Source: Alphaproteobacteria bacterium
GTDB lineage: Bacteria > Pseudomonadota > Alphaproteobacteria > Rickettsiales > UBA1997
Assembly: GCA_030835745.1 (NCBI GenBank)
Contig: JAUROA010000027.1
Span: 1-51,906 of the forward strand
DNA: 51,906 nt
Direction of reading: 5' to 3'
Each line of letters opens with the position of its first letter. Positions within the stretch are counted from its first letter, which is position 1. The notes under the pieces were generated by a model. That model was not told where the DNA came from. It searched no databases and saw nothing but the letters and a program-made list of their open reading frames with translations. Positions 47,299 through 51,906 of the stretch are shown here, piece by piece. The translations under genes were made by a program, and so were the position numbers.

Positions 47299-48468
47299 AT
47301 GAATATCCATGAATATCAAGCAAAAAGCTTACTCGCTCAATATAAGGTGCCAGTTCCTGAAGGCTATCCCGCATTTAACACTGAAGAGGCTCTTAAAGCA
47401 GCTCACAAACTTCATGATAATGGCAATGAAATATTTGTTGTCAAAGCTCAAATCCATGCTGGCGGTAGAGGAAAGGCTGGTGGAGTTAAAGTTGTTAAAT
47501 CATATGCAGATGTTGAAAATAATGCCAAAGAAATGCTTGGCAAAATTCTTGTAACACATCAAACCGGACCAGAAGGCAAAGAAGTCAAAAGATTATATAT
47601 AGAAGCTGGCTCATCTATTAATAAAGAATTCTATTTATCTGCTGTTGTTGATCGCAAAACAAAAAAAATAGTTTTTATGGCATCAACAGAAGGTGGAGTT
47701 GAAATTGAAGAAGTTGCCGCACAAACTCCAGAAAAAATTATATCAGTTGTAATTGACCCAGCATCTGGAATTCAAGGATGCCATGCAAGAAAATTAGGAT
47801 TTGCGCTCAATTTATCTGGAGATAAATTAAAAAAATTCACTAAATTAGTTTTTGCACTATATGAAGCTTTTGTTAAAACTGACGCTTCACAAATTGAAAT
47901 TAACCCATTAGTAGAAACTGACAAGGGCGATATAATATGTCTTGATGCAAAAATTAACTTCGATGATAATGCCTTATATCGTCAAGAAAAAATAAAAACT
48001 TTACGCGACCTTGACGAAGAAGAGCCTCTTGAAATTGAAGCTTCAAATTACGACCTAAATTACGTTAAAATGGATGGTAAAATTGGTTGCATGGTTAACG
48101 GTGCTGGTCTTGCTATGGCAACTATGGATATAATCAAACTTTACGGATCATCTCCTGCTAATTTTTTAGATGTTGGTGGCGGAGCCACTAGAGAAAAAGT
48201 TACTGCTGCATTTAAAATTATTCTTTCTGACGAAAATGTTAAAGGAATATTAGTAAATATATTTGGCGGTATTATGCGTTGCGATATAATTGCTAATGGT
48301 ATTGTTGAAGCTGCCAAAGAAGTTAATCTTAGCGTTCCTTTGGTTGTTAGATTAGAAGGAACCAATGTTAATCTTGGAAAAAAAATACTTGCAGAATCAG
48401 GAGTAAAAATTATTCCTGCAAATGATCTTGGCGACGCAGCCTCTAAAATAGTTGAAGCTGTTAATTAA
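47299..48468 (+). CDS. sucC: Succinyl-CoA synthetase beta subunit
   Basis: [49 protein letters not shown]. Confidence 0.99.
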   Translation: MNIHEYQAKSLLAQYKVPVPEGYPAFNTEEALKAAHKLHDNGNEIFVVKAQIHAGGRGKAGGVKVVKSYADVENNAKEMLGKILVTHQTGPEGKEVKRLYIEAGSSINKEFYLSAVVDRKTKKIVFMASTEGGVEIEEVAAQTPEKIISVVIDPASGIQGCHARKLGFALNLSGDKLKKFTKLVFALYEAFVKTDASQIEINPLVETDKGDIICLDAKINFDDNALYRQEKIKTLRDLDEEEPLEIEASNYDLNYVKMDGKIGCMVNGAGLAMATMDIIKLYGSSPANFLDVGGGATREKVTAAFKIILSDENVKGILVNIFGGIMRCDIIANGIVEAAKEVNLSVPLVVRLEGTNVNLGKKILAESGVKIIPANDLGDAASKIVEAVN

Positions 48469-48481
48469 AAATATAAGTAAA

Positions 48482-49384
48482 ATGTCTGTCTTAATAAATA
48501 AAAATACAAAAGTTATCTGCCAGGGTTTTACTGGCTCTCAAGGAACATTTCATTCGCAACAAGCAATTGAATATGGCACAAATATGGTTGGTGGAGTTAC
48601 CCCAGGAAAAGGTGGTCAAACTCATTTAAATCTTCCGGTATTTAATACTGTTGGTCAAGCTAAACAAAAAACTGGTTGCAATGCATCGGTAATTTATGTT
48701 CCACCGCCATTTGCAGCAGATGCAATTATTGAAGCAATTGACAGCGAAATTGAACTTATCGTATGTATTACTGAAGGAATACCAGTCCTTGATATGGTTA
48801 AAGTTAAAAAAGCTCTTGAGGGTTCAAAATCTAGATTAATTGGTCCAAATTGTCCAGGAGTTATAACACCTGATGAATGTAAAATTGGAATTATGCCAGG
48901 ACATATTCACAAGAAAGGAAGTGTTGGTATTGTTTCAAGATCTGGTACACTTACTTATGAGGCAGTTCACCAAACAACAAAAGTTGGACTTGGTCAATCA
49001 ACATGTATAGGAATTGGCGGCGACCCAGTTAATGGTACAAATTTTATTGATTGTTTAGACATGTTCTTATCAGACCCAGAGACTCATTCAATGATTATGA
49101 TTGGAGAAATTGGCGGTACTGATGAAGAAGATGCAGCAGCTTTTATTAAAGAACAAGCACAAAAAGGACGTTTCAAGCCAATTGTTGGCTTTATTGCTGG
49201 AAGAACCGCCCCAGAAGGTAGAAGAATGGGTCATGCTGGTGCAATTGTATCTGGTGGTAAGGGTGGTGCTGAAGATAAAATAGCAACTATGAAAGATGCT
49301 GGAATTATAGTTGCTGACAGCCCTGCAATTTTAGGAGAAACTCTTTATAATCTTCTTCAAGTACTAATTCAAAAACCAGCCTAG
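48482..49384 (+). CDS. sucD: Succinyl-CoA synthetase alpha subunit
   Basis: [31 protein letters not shown] 48482 is preferred. Confidence 0.99.
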   Translation: MSVLINKNTKVICQGFTGSQGTFHSQQAIEYGTNMVGGVTPGKGGQTHLNLPVFNTVGQAKQKTGCNASVIYVPPPFAADAIIEAIDSEIELIVCITEGIPVLDMVKVKKALEGSKSRLIGPNCPGVITPDECKIGIMPGHIHKKGSVGIVSRSGTLTYEAVHQTTKVGLGQSTCIGIGGDPVNGTNFIDCLDMFLSDPETHSMIMIGEIGGTDEEDAAAFIKEQAQKGRFKPIVGFIAGRTAPEGRRMGHAGAIVSGGKGGAEDKIATMKDAGIIVADSPAILGETLYNLLQVLIQKPA

Positions 49385-49404
49385 CATAAATTAATAACAT
49401 TAAA

Positions 49405-50478
49405 ATGAGCGACAGAAATAAAGCATTAGAAGCAGCATTATCACAAATTGATAAACAATTTGGTAAAGGTTCTGCAATGAAATTTGGACAAAGACCAGTC
49501 ATTGATGTCGAGGTTATACCCTCTGGCTCTCTTGCTCTAGATGTGGCACTTGGAGTTGGCGGATATCCAAGAGGTAGAATAGTTGAAATATACGGACCTG
49601 AAAGTTCTGGTAAAACAACTCTTACTCTTCATGCAATTGCAGAAGCTCAAAAGGCTGGTCTATCTTGCGCTTTTATTGATGCCGAACATGCTTTTGACCC
49701 TGTATATGCAAAAAATCTTGGCATTAATCTTGAAGATATGATCATCTCTCAACCAGATAATGGAGAAGCTGCCCTTGAAATTGCTGATACATTAGTAAGA
49801 TCAGGCGCTATTGATCTAATTATTGTTGATTCTGTGGCAGCTCTTGTACCTCAAGTTGAACTCGAAGGAGGAATGGGTGACAATCAAATGGGTCTTCAAG
49901 CTAGATTAATGAGTAAAGCACTTCGAAAACTTACCTCAACAGTTTCTAAAACTAATGCAACTGTAATATTTATTAACCAAATTCGTATGAAAATTGGTGT
50001 AATGTTTGGAAATCCTGAGACAACTACAGGTGGCAATGCATTAAAATTCTACGCCTCAATTAGGCTTGATATTAGAAAAGGTAGCGTTATTAAAGACCAA
50101 GATGAAATTTTAGGCAATGAAACTAAAGTAAAAGTTGTTAAAAACAAGGTTGCACCTCCTTTTAAAACTGCAGAATTTGAAATTATATATGGCGAGGGAG
50201 TTTCAAAATATGGAGAATTAATCGATCTTGCTGTTAAAGCAGACATTATTGAAAAATCTGGCTCTTGGTATGCATATGGCGGATCGAAAATTGGCCAAGG
50301 AAAAGAAAATGTCAAAAAATTTCTTAATGAGAACCCAAAAATTTCACAAGAAATAGACCAAATAACTCGAGAAAAACTTGGAATTAACAAGGCGAAAACC
50401 GGTGAAACAATTGCTAAAAATTCCGAGAAGAAAGAAGCCGATAAAAAAGAAGCCGAGAAGAAAGTAGCGATTGGCTAG
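49405..50478 (+). CDS. recA: Recombinase A
   Basis: [36 protein letters not shown]. Confidence 0.99.
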   Translation: MSDRNKALEAALSQIDKQFGKGSAMKFGQRPVIDVEVIPSGSLALDVALGVGGYPRGRIVEIYGPESSGKTTLTLHAIAEAQKAGLSCAFIDAEHAFDPVYAKNLGINLEDMIISQPDNGEAALEIADTLVRSGAIDLIIVDSVAALVPQVELEGGMGDNQMGLQARLMSKALRKLTSTVSKTNATVIFINQIRMKIGVMFGNPETTTGGNALKFYASIRLDIRKGSVIKDQDEILGNETKVKVVKNKVAPPFKTAEFEIIYGEGVSKYGELIDLAVKADIIEKSGSWYAYGGSKIGQGKENVKKFLNENPKISQEIDQITREKLGINKAKTGETIAKNSEKKEADKKEAEKKVAIG

Positions 50479-50521
50479 AATTTGCAAATTCAGCTAAATT
50501 ACGATAAATAAACATTATCAT

Positions 50522-50598
<77 letters not shown>

Positions 50599-50668
50599 TA
50601 AATATTGATCTAGCTTAAATTTATTTACAACTCTTTACTTTATCTATAATTTACTTTATTTTCTGTAA

Positions 50669-50968
50669 TTATGAGATAGCGCAACTTGGACCATCTTTTT
50701 CATTATGAGGACTAGCTTTACTTGCTTTCGATGATTTGATGGATGTATTTGGCTTATCAAGATAACCTAATTTTTCAAATAACGTCCTTATGCCTTTAAT
50801 AGCATAGAATTCTCCATTTTTATCCTGCAAAGGGCCATAAGGACCATCTTTATTTCCCAATTTTTTCTTAGCATTATCTTCTTCAGAAAACAATTTGCTC
50901 CAATCCTTACCACCTTGAGGTGCTTCATTGCCTCTAAGTAACTTACTCCCCCACAATAATATAGACAT
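50669..50968 (-). pseudogene. Probable 3' remnant of an effector-like gene cut by the IS4 element, or a short gene; ends in CaaX (CAIS)
   Basis: The protein-like part lies at about 50669-50940; the upstream part of the track ORF is IS sequence, partly antisense to the transposase. Confidence 0.5.
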
Positions 50969-51906
50969 ATAAAATACTGGTTGTAAGATAGTAAAAATAT
51001 TAATTTTTATTATCTTACAAATGAATTTTGAGGAAATCTTTTCTAGTATATTTGGTAAATATGGCAAATATTTTACCAGTAGATTATCGTTAATAATTCC
51101 TGCTATGATGCGTTGTAGTAGTTGTAATTTATCAAGCATAACCTGTGCTCTAGCTTATTTTACAAAACAGAACTTTAAGGCAAATGAAAATAGGGTTTAC
51201 AGATTCTTTGCAAGTAAGAACTTTTTGATAGAAGATTCGATGTGGAGATGTTATTTGAAATTAATATTTAAACTACTGAAGGAGCAAAAATATATAAGAG
51301 AGGATAAGCAGATTCAGATAAATATAGATTTTACAACTATAAAAGATAATTTTCTAATTCTATATGCATCTATACCTTTTTTTGGTAGATCTGTGCCAGT
51401 TTATTTTACAATAAGAAGATATCCAAAGAGAAAAAATCAAAATAGCCAAACCAAGATGGAACTTGCATTTATCAAGGGCTTAAAACATGTTTTATCAAAA
51501 AAATATTCTTATTTAATAGTAGCGGATAGAGGGTTTGGTAATCAACGATTTACTAAATTATGCCTAGATAATGGATTTGACTATTTAATAAGGATTAAAG
51601 GTAATTTATTGATTAAATTTAACGATAAAAAAGCATTAAAAATAGATAAATTAGGAAATATACAAGCTAATAAAAATGGCTGTAAAAAATTTAAGGATTT
51701 ATTTATTAATGCCTGGGAAAGAAAACAAACAATATTCATTATATCAAAAGAAGAAGACCTCAATAATAAATGGTACATATGCTCATCTCTTAAGGAAATT
51801 ACAACTAGGAGAGCTCAAATTATATATGAAGATAGATTTTGCATTGAAAAGACATTCTATGATCATAAAAGTGGAGGATTTGATTTGGAATCAAGTAAAA
51901 TAGATA
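50942..51906 (+). mobile_element. IS4-family element, left part (runs off window; left end approximate)
   Basis: Candidate terminus CTTACTCCCCCACAA about 80 bp upstream of the transposase ATG; the partner IR is not visible. Confidence 0.65.
51021..51906 (+). CDS. IS4-family DDE transposase (3'-truncated by the window end)
   Basis: Not in the track because it has no stop. Open frame MNFEEIF...INIDFT...GRSVPVYF...IVADRGF...YLIRIK...YEDRFCIEKTFYDHKSGGFDLE shows D, D and YREK motifs. Confidence 0.92.
   Translation, partial: MNFEEIFSSIFGKYGKYFTSRLSLIIPAMMRCSSCNLSSITCALAYFTKQNFKANENRVYRFFASKNFLIEDSMWRCYLKLIFKLLKEQKYIREDKQIQINIDFTTIKDNFLILYASIPFFGRSVPVYFTIRRYPKRKNQNSQTKMELAFIKGLKHVLSKKYSYLIVADRGFGNQRFTKLCLDNGFDYLIRIKGNLLIKFNDKKALKIDKLGNIQANKNGCKKFKDLFINAWERKQTIFIISKEEDLNNKWYICSSLKEITTRRAQIIYEDRFCIEKTFYDHKSGGFDLESSKID

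Noticed and set aside
50599-50668. Prophage or integrative element att site at tRNA-Arg
   Set aside because: No integrase and no duplicated tRNA 3' end visible in the window.
50969-51139. N-terminal 57 aa of the 156-aa minus-strand track ORF
   Set aside because: Lies within the IS4 element, largely antisense to its transposase.

Overview
Very AT-rich bacterial chromosomal segment (genetic code 11) of an alphaproteobacterium, most consistent with a Rickettsiales/Holosporales-like lineage. Support: two-piece permuted tmRNA next to alpha-type sspB, short archaeal-type ValRS, F0-only atp operon with b and b', hemD followed by a mitofilin-like gene. It keeps more biosynthesis than Rickettsia (pyrF, panD, ispH). 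The window is bracketed by a complete IS1-family element (2-761, -1 frameshift) and a truncated IS4-family transposase (from 51021 off the end). Most of it is housekeeping: secA, queC, ispH, pheT, atpBEGF, ubiB, panD, rpmH-rnpA, fixH/fixI, ccmE, valS, bamB, folD, dnaX, nuoABC, dapA, sspB, plsY, pyrF, murE, hemD, sucCD, recA. Missing from the ORF track but present are rpmH, a compact SRP RNA (ffs), the permuted tmRNA, tRNA-Arg(ACG) and the IS4 transposase. Main observations: (i) short G-rich tandem amplifications at stable-RNA ends (five 14-mers at the ffs 3' end, four 12-14-mers across the tmRNA 5' processing site) and at GGGGT..ACCCC palindromes between convergent genes; (ii) a tmRNA tag with a duplicated ANDNF motif; (iii) orphan effector-like proteins with similar P-S/N-T-S-type Ser-rich tails, one ending in a CaaX box (CAIS); (iv) a receiver domain fused to a His-less PleC/DivJ-like pseudo-kinase; (v) a divergent Mic60/mitofilin candidate; (vi) an NfnB-NfnA-like fusion. 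All calls come from reading motifs by eye; no searches were run.
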